From: Pelomyxa schiedti
Lineage: Eukaryota > Protista > Evosea
Direction of reading: 5' to 3'
Assembly: GCA_020536535.1 (NCBI GenBank)
Contig: JAHLWZ010000346.1
Span: 1 to 64,000, forward strand
Length of the DNA stretch: 64,000 nt
This document shows positions 9,539 to 21,564 of this stretch, one piece after another (within the stretch, counting starts at the first letter, position 1; every line of letters begins with the position of its first letter). Position numbers and translations under genes: made by a program. The notes under the pieces are model-generated. The model saw only the letters and a program-made list of their open reading frames with translations. It was not told the origin of the DNA and did not search any database.

Positions 9539-12320
9539 ATGCGGCATACCACAGGGCCGACGACTAGCGCGGCGACGGGCGCCGCGACGGGGACCGCGAC
9601 GGCGGCGGCGACAACTACCGTGGGAGCGCACGGGGGGGCGACGGCGACCAAGACGAGCAAGTTGGTGGTGGTGTACTCGTACGGCGGCACGACGCGCGCG
9701 GTCGGCCGCAAGATCGCGGCGATGATATGCGCGGATCTGCTGGAGATCCTCGACAGCGCCGCTGTCGGCGCCGAGGGGAAGAAGCCCAAGAAGGACAAGA
9801 CCGGCAAGAAAAAGCACGGCGGCAAGAAGGACAAAGGAGGAGGAGGAGGAGGATTCGACCCCAACTTGTCCGCGGCTACGCCCGCCCGCTCGGCCACAGC
9901 CCCGCCGACGACGACGACGACTACGACGGCGACGGCGACGACGGCCGCGACCGCCGCCGCCCCGCCCAACTTGGAGGCGCAGCACCAGGGCGGCGGCGTC
10001 TTGCACGCGAGCGCGGACGACGAGGGGGCGAGGGAGTCGGGGATTGGCAAGATCCAGTACATCAAAATGTGCTACAGAGCCAAGTTCAAGGTCACTACGG
10101 TGCCCGTTGCGGAGCGCATTACGCCGTGCCAGGACCCACACGAGGCCCACCACACAGGCACACCGAGTGCCGCCCAGCCGGCGGCGACGACGCCCGCCAC
10201 GACGGCCACCACGGCCTCGACGGCCAGCACTGGCGCCGCATCTACTGCGGACGCGCATAACGACGCACAAATGGAAATGGATGCTTTGGCGGAGACTACT
10301 GCCTCACTTGGCGGTTGGTCACACCTTGAGTCCTACACGACTGTCTACATAGGCGCTCCAGTATATGTAATGGCGCTCCACCTTTTTTTTTTTTTTTTTT
10401 TTTTTTTTTTCTCAATTTTTCATCATGTTGAAGGCAAATCACCTCCCAGCACCATGCAGATCATGGTTAGTTGGCCACCGCGATAAACTCTTGACAAACG
10501 CTGCGAAGAAGGTTCGTGGCCCTTGGAGGTTTTATTTACCTAAATGGTCCATAGGTGTTTCATTTTTTCACAACCACACGGACTTCTGGTGCCACTGAAC
10601 TCTTTGCTGATATATCAGAGATACTAGGCATTTCTCCTGTGTCTACTCTCTGTGTACTTTCCAAAAATGCTGAGACGTGGAAGCCAAAGAAGATAGACTT
10701 CTTTGTATGCCAAGCACCTACCCATTTCTTCTCTCACAATTTCTTCAGCGCCAAGACCCTGGGGCTGGCCCAACAAACTATCTGTCTGAAGGACGAATTG
10801 AAGAGCTCTATGAGGTACAATACATTGAGCCAGCAACTGTGTTGTTTACTTAAAATGTAAACAGATTCTCCCCACTGTTCTGGGGAAGGGTACATTCAGT
10901 GTGGTCTACAAAGGGGTTCACAAAGCAACAGGCGAATTTGTTGCAGTAAAGAAACTGCAGAAAAACTCCTTAAGACCTGAGACAATGCGACTCCTTCGCA
11001 GGTGTGTAGACACGGCTTGACCTGTCTTCCCATTAATCTCTGATTAGAGAGATGGTCATATTGAGGAAACTCACCCATCCAAATATTGTGCACCTAAGAG
11101 ACGTGTAATACTTTTTTAAAGTTGTGCCATTACCCTCTAAAGATTGGTAGGTTTGAAACAGAGGAAAGTGTATTCATGATTATCGAGCTTGTTACAGGTG
11201 GAGAACTCTGGCAAAGTATTGTGTCACGAGGTTCACTTTCTGAAGAAGAAGCACGTCACGTTCTTCGACAAGTCCTTGAAGCTGTGGATTACATGCATAG
11301 CAATGGCATCATTCATAGGGTAAACTCTCACTTGTTGGCATTTTCAAGATACAAACTTATTTTCCACAGGACTTGAAAGTATTGCTTACTCTATTCTCAC
11401 TTTCTTTAACGTAATATCAGCCTGAAAACTTGCTCTGTGTTGACTCTACAGTATTTCTCATTTTCTTATCTGTTACTAGAAGACTAATAACACTGCAGGG
11501 TCTGAATGTGAAAATTACTGATTTTGGTCTTGGTAAGTGAACGTCACTCTTTCAAATCTTGACTACTAGCTCAGCAACTGATTCCGTTATGGAGCCGTCA
11601 GTTGTAACACCCTGTGGAACTCCTTCATATGTTGCACCTGAGGTTTTCCTTACCATTACACGATGGACTTAGCATTAACCCTTTTGAAGGTATTCCAAGG
11701 AGGAGAATATGACAACAAGTGTGACGTGTGGTATGAATCAAACACAAAACAACCAACGATGATGAGTACCTTTGTTTACATTACTGAAGGTCGACGGGAG
11801 TATTGTTGTACGTGATGCTCAGTGGTTATATGCCTTTTGATGCGTATGGACAAGTGGTTCCAAACACTGATTAAGGAACATATAGGGATTCTCTGGATGA
11901 AACTCTACGGCGCATCCTTTCGGGGAAGCTTTACTTCCCTGCCAATCTGTTTGGTAATGTGTCTGCCGGTGCCAAAAGCCTCATACAAATGATGTTGACA
12001 GTATCACCCGATCAAAGACCAACTGCAGGTTTGGTCTTCTTTCTGGCACCTCTTTATTTGAAGCTTAGCTGACTTTAGCTGATTGTCTGGCGCACCCTTG
12101 GCTATCCCAAGTTGCTTCCACAGAACCGTTATATACGAAAGCGGCTTTTATGGACAAACAAAATTCATTCTACAAGTACCTCATGGTACCTTCCCCTTGC
12201 AGAATCCCTCAGTGCAACTGACTCATTTTCCCCATTAGCTTGAAGGAAGCATGGAAAAAGTTGATTGAGCACCTCCTCATAAATCCTGACCCCAAACAAC
12301 ACCTCCACATTCCCATTTGA
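9539..12320 (+). CDS. Flavodoxin-like domain fused to CaMK-type Ser/Thr protein kinase
   Basis: Flavodoxin motifs KLVVVYSYGGTTRAVGRKIAAMICADLLEI, YTTVYIGAPVY|ANHLPAPCRSWL and VFHFFTTTRTSG. In-frame splicing (10705-10748, 10815-10864) leads into IEELYE|ILPTVLGKGTFSVV, VAVK, HR|DLK|PEN, DFG, GTPSYVAPE and HPW. Stop at about 12318-12320. Confidence 0.85.
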
Positions 12321-12467
12321 TCGCCCGCCTATGGTTCCTCAATAGAACATCGACAAATTCCAGCCCCGCCCCTGTCCCAGGGTCTCAATTGGAGCCCAAG
12401 ATGAAAAAAAAAAAAAAAAACATCAAAAAATCAAAACACAATTAGAAAGCCCAAAGACGAAATCGAA

Positions 12468-15400
12468 ATGAACAAGCCAGCACGTAGTAGCAGCGCCGAC
12501 ATCAATGCACGGCATCAGCAACAACCGAAAAACAACCAACACAAACGACAACAGCAACAGCAGCAGCAACAAAATCGCCAACAACAACAGCAACAGCAAC
12601 AACAACGTGAGCAGATCGCATCCCCAGCGCCGGCAAAGAAGCACAAGGCGCCGGGGCCCGCCCCAGCGACAAGCGCGACGAGGGGCGCGGGGGCGGCTGC
12701 TACTGCGGCTACGACGGCACCAAGCGTAGCGGCTGCTACGACGACGACGACGACTACTACTACGACGACGACGACTACGGCGCCGGCGGCTGTACCCAGC
12801 TCGAGCTCGGGCAGCGCGGCTGCGATGGGGCGAGGCGGGGGCGGAGGGGGAGGGAGCGGCGGAGCGACGGCCAGCGGGGCGACGGGCAGGGCACCGAGCG
12901 CGAGTGCCAGCGCGAGCGCGACGGCGACTCCAGGGACAAGCGCGAGCAGCGGCAACGGGGGTGGTGGTGGTGGTGGAAGAGGAGGAGGAGGAGGCGGCAA
13001 TAACGTGCCTGTGGGAAACAAGGCGGGAGCTCAGGGCGGGGTAGGAAGAGGGGGCGGCGTGAGGCCCCCCGGTCGGGCAAGGGGAGTTCCACCTACATGC
13101 AACTGCAGTGAATGTGGTGTGTGACATTTATCACCCTTTTTCTTTTTCCTTTTCCTTCCCCCCCCCCCCCCTTTTCTTCCCCTCAGTGTTGACCTTTATT
13201 CTAATCCCTGCCGTTTCTTTCACACACTATCTTTTTCGTTTGGTTTAGTTGCAGCAAGTAGAGAATATGACAGAAGCTTGATAGCTATTGACAAACTCGA
13301 TCGAAACGGCTTCACTTCTACTGTGCCACCTTCAGGAAGAGCAAATAACAGAAGCAGGAGTAGTAGCCAGAGTAGAATTACTATTGGCGTTAGTGTGGAG
13401 GGGGACAGCGACTATTTAAGTGGAAGCAATAGTTGTGAGACTGCTGAGGACACAGATGCATATGACGACTCCAATGAGAGCGAGGGTTGTCCTGCTTCTG
13501 AGACTACATGCCGCGAATTTACACGAGTGTGGTCAGCGTTACAAGGTTTCCTGGTCAACTTACACTATTTTGGACTTACACGGGGTGAAGAAATGCTTAA
13601 GAACGGAGGAGAAGACTTTGCACGGCAATTTTTGAACAGGCACAAGGAAGCTCCTCAAACTTGTGTATGTCTATGTTAAACCTCTCAATATGTCTGTTGA
13701 TGACCTTTTTTTGTATTGGATGTATCGTTTTGCGTTCGTCTAATGAACAGGGTAATTATCAATAATGTTAACATTGGTTATGGCAGCAAAACGGTTGCAT
13801 GTGCCCCACACGAGCCCAGTGGCAAATTCAGTGTTCTGCTGCCGTTCCAACACAGTACCCTCAGTACCGTAAGTGTGAACGGACACAATACAGTGAGTGC
13901 AAAGCCAATAACAGTAACTGCGGAGGAACGACTTCCACCGCTAGGACATCTGGTGGTGGGGGTGGTAGTGAATCAAATGCTTCTGTGGACATGTCATCTG
14001 GTTTCATTGTCGTCCCTGGAAGCATTGAAGAGGCAAAAAAACTATCAAGAGAGAAAAAATTTGCTCTCAAAGTACCAGCTTGTTGTGGCCCACTTCCCTC
14101 ACATGCATCACCTGTAACCAACAAACCTTCATCAACTCCTATTCTGTCTCGCACCATAACAAAAGCTTGCACTTCCGAGATGAGACCCCAAGCCCATTCT
14201 CCTGTGGTCATTCCAGATGACGAAGGATACTGGTTGGAACTACAAAATCTTGTTGGCAGTATTTTCAAAGACCCAACGTGCCCTACCACAAGGGAACAAC
14301 TGGAAAGAGGGTACCAACGTTGTCAAAATTCTAAACAAACCTCACATGTCTCTCGTTCTTCACAGGCTGATTTGCACATGTAAACTATGTAACATCAATC
14401 CTGTATCTCTATTTTTGAAATTGGAGAACAAAGCAGTTTCCTGGATGCAACATCTAAGATCGCACCTGGTTCAATTTATTTCATCCTCAGCCCCGCTCAT
14501 GAGCCAATGTTAGCTTCCATATCTCTTTCATACACATTTAACATGATAAAAAGCCAACGCAACTGACTTTGTCACCCTTGTTGGGGCCTCATTTGAGAGC
14601 ATTACAAAAGCGAGCCAAGTACTGGATCCTGTTCTGGAGCCCCTTTATACACATTTTCTAATTCAGTTCAACATCAATTTTGGCGATGTGATAAAGGTAC
14701 AAAACCGTTCTATCTTATCAACTTAAACGAAATAGGGTTTGTTCCATCATATCGTTTTTGATGATGCTATCGTGCAAACTGTATTACCTCAAGTAAAATC
14801 CCTTCTAGGGGATGGTAGCACTACAAAACAGTCCACAAGTTCTCCTGCACCAGCCTCAGATACTCCGCATATTCCTGTGCAAAACCCAAAGGAATCCTCA
14901 CACCAACCAGTACCTACAACTTCTTCAGTACCCACATTGCCCGTAGAGTGCAACCGCTATTGTCACATATTTGATGGCATCGTCAGTAGTGCCCTTAAGT
15001 GCGCTATTTTATTTTATTTTATTTTTTTTTTTTTTTTAAGAATTACCTATTATTTTAATTTTTTTACTTAGGTGGACATCTAACAAAGAGGTGCTACAGC
15101 GGTATCTTGCCCAGCATCAAGTACACCACATATATTATTGAAAATTTGCAATCAATACTAACTCAACCTCTATTAGCACACAGTACATAAAACTGTTCCA
15201 TCTCCGCCGTCATGTAAGCATTTACGGCAACATCATCAACAAATTCCAGCTGAACTTCCTCACTCTCACAACCACTCTATTATCCATACACATCATCAAC
15301 CCTCTTCCCCAAAGCAAGGGCAGCAGTCACAAGCACAGCAGTTGCAAGTGCAACAATCGCAATGTAGTACATTACCACAAGAAACAGCACAGCAGAGTAA

Positions 15401-18400
15401 CGCCTTGGCGTCCCATGTTCGTGAGCATAGACGGCAGCAGCAATCACTTCACTCTAAGCATCAAAGCTCCCCAATCTTAGACAAAGTTGTTGCTCTAATG
15501 CAACAGCAGAAGCAGCTGCAACAATCACCACAACACCATTCACACAAGCTTGCAGCTGTAATTCATATGGCGGAGGATGGTACCCCTGAAACGGTATCCC
15601 AAGGACAAAGCATTATATCCCTTCTAAAAAAAAAAAAGGCTACAGATCCTCTGTGTTCCTACACAGCTGAAGATATTTTGACCATTGCGGCAAATGTGTG
15701 GTCAAACCAGGGCTTCTTTATCACCCCTGAAGACGGCAGCATTACAAAGGAGGGTCAGAATTTAATTGCAACTTCAACTGGTGTAAAAGCTGTTGTTGGG
15801 GGGCAGAGTGTTGTATTAACACAGGAAGGTGATGATGGCAATTATGTATACGACATCGAGGAGTATGACGAGGGAGAGGATGGTGACGAAGATGTTGAAG
15901 ATGATGGAGACGAAGGTGATGATGAGGATGAGGAAGAGGAGGAGTATGACGAGGAGGAGGATGATGATGACGAAGAAGAAGAGGAAGAAGAGGAAGACGA
16001 AGGGGAAGCTGAGGTTGAGGATTCCAAAGGCCCTCTTGAAGAGTATATCGATAAGAACGGAAACACTATTGCACAGTGTGAACAATTGGCACAGAATGCC
16101 CTAGGGCATACCAACAACCCCAATCAAACACCTCCTCTGGAAGACAGTGCCAGGGATGGTTCAGATGAGGGCTATCAGACAGAACCACTCCCTGAGGACT
16201 ACTCTGTGGACAATGTATCTGGTTCGTTTTTCTTCATAGTTTGAGACTTTTTTCACTCGAATCAGAGAAACTGTATACTATCAAGCCTCCAAAAGCTATC
16301 ACCAAAGGTTTTTATTTGAAGCAACAATAAAATCGCACTGCATCCTTATCGCAAATACATGCGTACACATATGAAACACCTAACAAGAGCACCTTGAATT
16401 TGAATATGATACCGAACAGGAGATGGCTGTAGACGATGCAATTCAATGTCATGTGCCTACTGTGCTCTTTCTGAGATAGCAAGTAAAGTTCCCACTTACC
16501 CTACTGTAGGACGCGGTATTACTACCTTAAATAGGTCCGTATCAGCTTGCAAGAGACAAACTCAGACAAAAGTTGAAGAATTCCAAGGAACAGAAAAAAT
16601 CTACCGCCCCATCAAGTGCCTTCTCTTCCTTTTTGGACCAGGATCCTAACAGTTTTAACAACAAACAAAACAGAACCTCCTCCAATCAAACGGACTGATA
16701 ATCGATCATTAAAGGAGTTATTGGAGCTCATAGAAGGGACAGACAAAACAAAGCAGAACTCACCCAATCCCAGTGGAAAAGCTAAGACCAAAGTGCGTCA
16801 ACCAGCCCAAAGTAAAATGCAAGATAAACGCGTAAATACTGTCACGGCACAAAAAACCTCCCAGAAATCCATTAAAACTACAAATTCCACAAAGGAAACG
16901 CAACCTGCAAAAACTACCAAACAAAGTGCGCAAAAGAGGGCACCTAAATCCCAGCTCTCTTCGTCGCCCTCTGATACTGCAACTGAAAAAGAAGAAGCCA
17001 CTGAATCAGAGGCCAACACTGACAACAGTGAAGCTACTAGGACTGAATCGACAGCTGAGAGTGACTCGGACAATCAGGAGGAGGAAACAGAAGATGTTCA
17101 GGAGACAGACTCTGAGCAACAAAGTGCAAGCTCACAAAGTGATACCAGTGAAGACCAAATGCAAACTGCCAGTGAAAGTGAAGATCGTAGTAGTGACCAT
17201 GAAGAAAGCCAAGATGAAAGTGATCTGGAAGAAGTCGAAGAAGAAAAAGAAACAGACGAAGACAGTGAGAACATCGCAATTCCAAAAAAGGAGCGTACCA
17301 AGGGATCAGAACAACAAAAGAAGCAAGTGAAAGGAAATCCCCCCAGACCGCAGGTGTCTAATAAAGACGTTGCCAAGAGAGACTCTAGGAAAAATACCAC
17401 ACAGCCAACTCCTCCACAGGAACCACCTAAGAATAAGAGCTCTAAGAACAAAGGAACTCCCAATTCCAATTTGGTTGTACCCCCAAGTGGAAAGAAAGCC
17501 GCCAAAAATATAGAAACTCAACACAATAACTCAACTAAGAAAGCACTCCCCAAGCAACCTTCAGCTGATACCCCAACCCAACAGCCAGCCACGAAGAAAC
17601 CACCTTCTCTCACAGTCAACGCACCCCCTTCATCAAACCCAAAACCTGGGAAGGTAGTTAACCCTAAGAACAAACCCAACTCCACTTCATCCCAATCACT
17701 TCTCAATAAACCAACCAAAGCATCAAATATCCCCACTTCGTCTGGGTCAGTTCTAGCCCCAAAAATCAACGGTAACACACCTGCAAGGTCATCATCTGCA
17801 CCCACTTTCACTCAAATTCCGGTATCCACCTTCCCGTTACGTACCCTAACCCCCGCGCTTTCGAAAAAAGCACCCGCAAGTTCGCAGGCACAACCACCAT
17901 CACCCATTTTACCTACGGTTGTCTCTGTGGCTCAACCCAAACCAAGCCATGCCACACAGCAACCTATTGTACTTCCAGAAAAATCTGCCAGCTCACTTCA
18001 GGCTAAAATGGCAGCCTTTAACGGCAAATTCCCAGCTTTCTGGGCGAATTGTAAAGAAACCTCCTCTGATCAACCTGCACCCCAAAGTACCCCTGCCACT
18101 GCCGCGATTCCCCAAGTTCCTATGTAACATCCCAATTCTCTTTCAATTCGAATTCCTTAACTCCCGACGACTAATAGATGTCACAGGCACAATGACAGTG
18201 TCAGTGATGACTGTGCCGAGGGTGAAGATGAACTGGACCCTACATTCAAGTCTCTGCTTGAGAAAGAAATAAGTGCCTTCAGACAAGCTCTCGAATCCTC
18301 TTACAAACAGGTAGCCCCGTAAGACAATACTATAACCCCTAACACCATCAAACAGGTACCACGCCAGAAAGTGAAGCCAAATCCACATTCCTCCTCCGCA

Positions 18401-18568
18401 CTTGTTGAAATGTGCCGGAATTCTTTGCAAGCTTCTAAGCAACCTGGTACTCCCGCAAACACCAGCAATAACACCAACGCCGGTACCAACCTAAACACAA
18501 CCTTAAATGCAAATACCCCCCTGAAACCAACAGCAAAAGCCCCACCAAAACGGCCCAATAAAGCTTAG
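12468..18568 (+). CDS. Large multi-exon low-complexity protein (Cys motifs, acidic tract, K/S/P-rich region); tentative FAM193/Nst1-like C-terminus
   Basis: Chain of same-strand ORFs (12468, 13278, 13799, 15342, 16616, 18371) separated by intron-like gaps. Includes a CNCSEC motif, a poly-E/D tract and C-terminal EDELDPTFKSLLEKEISAFRQALESS. The family label is weak. Confidence 0.65.
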
Positions 18569-18616
18569 GTTCGATATGAATCCCAAAACAATTTTTTATG
18601 TGTCCTTTTCTTTCTC

Positions 18617-21530
18617 CTACGGTTTCTTCTTGAATGGATAGGCATCACAGGCTTGTGGTTTGTAGTTTTGTATGGAGTCATAGAGCCACTGTAAAAGAAC
18701 AATCAGATGAGAGGAGAAAAGAGAAGCTCTGGACCCACCGATTCAGAAACCAATGGGCATTTACAAGGCTTATTGGGGGACAGAATGCATAAAGTAGCAT
18801 CTTTCAGCTGCTGGGTCTGTTTTAGGTGTGAGCGAAAAGGAGAGAATTGCGGTTGCGAATTTACGGTTGCTCCCCCTGCAAGTTTAATGAGTTCTTCTAA
18901 CGATTCACGGCTGGAGTTTGTTCCTGATCCCAGAAAAATTGTAAAACCATGGAATATCCCGGGTGTGCCATTCTCTATTTATGGATTCAGCAGGAAACTT
19001 ACTAGTCACCAGAATTCAAAACCATGAGCTTTTCTGGAGACACTAGCTCCAGGGAATGTTGCCTTCATCTCAAACTCTTCCTCTGAAAGTAGTTTATTGG
19101 CTTCATGGCTCCTTGATAGCCACTTAACATCCAAAACCCACAAACCTGCAATTTCTCTGTTTTATTTGTTGTACAAAGGCAAAGCCTACCTTTCGCAATT
19201 GCGGTCATCAATTTCAAGCTTCTTCTATCTGAGCCACATAAGAGGTGGGTTGTATGTTCCTCAATTTCAGGTGTGCAGTCTCCACCCAGGTCTGAAACCA
19301 TTTGTTCGAGTTTTCTAGAGGGTTGGCCAATCAAAAACTGATAAAAGAATTAAAACAAATAATGATATCACTAGACAATCAAATAGTCCTCAAATAATAC
19401 AAATCCCTTCCCTCAAACAACAGAAAAGAAAATATTCATTTCAGCAACCTTTTTTGCGAGACTAGTGTAAAAGTGCACACAAATGGTTTGTTTCCCACAC
19501 TCATAGTTGAGTCCCTTGGTAAGATGGGTGAAGGGCAAGGCGGCGTTCTGGAAGTGCCATCCTTATTTACTGGTTTTGTGCCTTTGTGAGAAACATGCCT
19601 CTTGTGAGATTTCGTTTTCTACAAGGTGTCAGTCTTTCCTTATAAGTTTGCTTGTTAAAAAACCTCATCCGAAGATTGAGAACTACTTGAGGAACTCCCG
19701 GAGCTCCTTGAATAACTAGAATCTGTGTTGCTCCCACTACTTGAATCGGAGTCTGATACTTCAATTCTTCTTTTGCTCTTTTTCGTGGCTTGCGGCACTA
19801 CTTTTGTGACCTGTGTCGCAGAGTGCTTGCTAGTTTGAGGTGCTGTAACAGTCTGCTTCTCTGACGTTGGGATCTCACTGTCTGACATCGAGGTATCGTT
19901 CGCATCAATGGATTTGAAAGGAGCAGCAGTTTCCGGAGGACCAACTGGGGGTGCTTCACAACTTTGACCTGTGTTCTTTATTTCAGGTTTGGAAGGCGGT
20001 GCTATGCCAGGGTCAACTTTTTCTGGATTGTCATTGTTGATACTAAGATGAGGGTCCGTAGGTTCCACAGTTGTCGCGCTCACATCACAATTACTTTTTT
20101 CAGCTTCATTGAGACTAAATGTTGGCATATCATCCAAGGCACCTTGGATTGTATCTGGATCTCCAGTAGTAATTGTATTTTCTGGCATTTCAGTTTCAGC
20201 ACCATTGTCAATTTGTGCCTGGTCGGCATGGTCCGTGGAGATGGGTGCAATCTCATCCTGTGAGCTTGTCTGCAGGTGTAACTCGATTACTTTTTCAGGT
20301 TCAGGATTATTAGGGTCTATCTCAGTGGATTTGTCTTTTGATGTATCTGGGCTTGTCAGATCGGCATCTTGCAATGGCTGTCCAACGTCTTGAGAGACGG
20401 AAGTATCCTGAGTTGTGCGCTGGTGTTGTTGTTGTAGAATCTCAGGTTGTGCCTCCTGTCTCGGACTTGCAGATGCTGAGGAACTTCCAGTACTTTTCTT
20501 TGACATTTCCAACGGCTTTTCGGTACGGTCGTCGCTCTTCATCATGACAACAGACTTTACCAAATCCAGCTGGGCAGAGTTTTCTTGTTGTATTTCTTCC
20601 ACCATTTCCTTCTGTGAGGCGTGAGTGTTCTGTGGTTCCAATACCAAAATAGGCAGTTTTTCGCATTCCTGCTTGGCGATGGCGGCACCATTTCCGCCGA
20701 AACTGTTGCTTCTGCTGCTGTTGTTGGAGGTAGTTGTGGCCGTGTTTGTTGTGCTTGTCGTTTTGATGTTATTGTTGCTGCAGCTGTCACTTTTGATACC
20801 AGTTCCGCTGCTGCCTGTGTTACTTATGGGAGAACACACAGCTCCACTCACAACTGGTTTGGCAGATTCGAAGCCAATTGAGGCAGTTGATGGAACTAGA
20901 GATAGCGGGCTGAAAGTGGGAAACGCGGCATTAGCATTAGTATTAGCACTAGCATTAGAACCAGTGATTGCAACAGGGGGAGAATCGTGGGTGGACTTGA
21001 GCAGAGCCTGCTGAGTGCAGGCACAAAGCAGCGAGATGTGAGTGGGTTGGCGCAGGGGAATAGACTGTGAGGAAGAAATAGGGGGCTGCAGTTGCATTTG
21101 CATTTGCATCTGCGGGGGTGGTTGACTTAATGGTGGCTGCTGTTGTTGTTGCTGTTGTTGTTGGAGTGAGAGGGCGAGGGTGCTTGTGGTAGTATTAGAT
21201 TTGGGCCTGGGGATTCGGCAGGCCTTGATCCAAAATGATTTGACTCTCAGGCGCTCGACCAGAGTGGCTTCTGGCCACACTTCACCAAGCAAGCTGAGGA
21301 GTTCCTTTTTTTTGGAGGGGGAAGGCAGAAAGGCATGAGTGGTTGGTCTTAGTTTTTTTTTAAATCTGGCTGCTTCCAGACGACCGGGAAGAACAGCACA
21401 ACAAACATACCACATCACTAAAAAAAAAAGACGGAAACAAAACAGGTCCTACTTGTTCAGTTGTTATGGCGTCGGGGTCAATGTCGAGGTTTCGCACCTC
21501 GGCCTCGAACCGAGACCCGGCTGTGTCCAT
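18617..21530 (-). CDS. Tandem C-terminal BRCT domain protein (MDC1/PAXIP1-like architecture) with long disordered N-terminus
   Basis: BRCT1: LEQMVSDLGG...TTHLLCGSDRRSLKLMTAIAKG...W. BRCT2: GIFHGFTIFLGSG...LEELIKLAGG...SES|WLYDSIQNY. Preceded by the 587-aa S/T/Q-rich ORF 19655-21418. Confidence 0.8.
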
Positions 21531-21564
21531 CCTACGCAGGTAATTGATCTAAAATCTACTAGAA

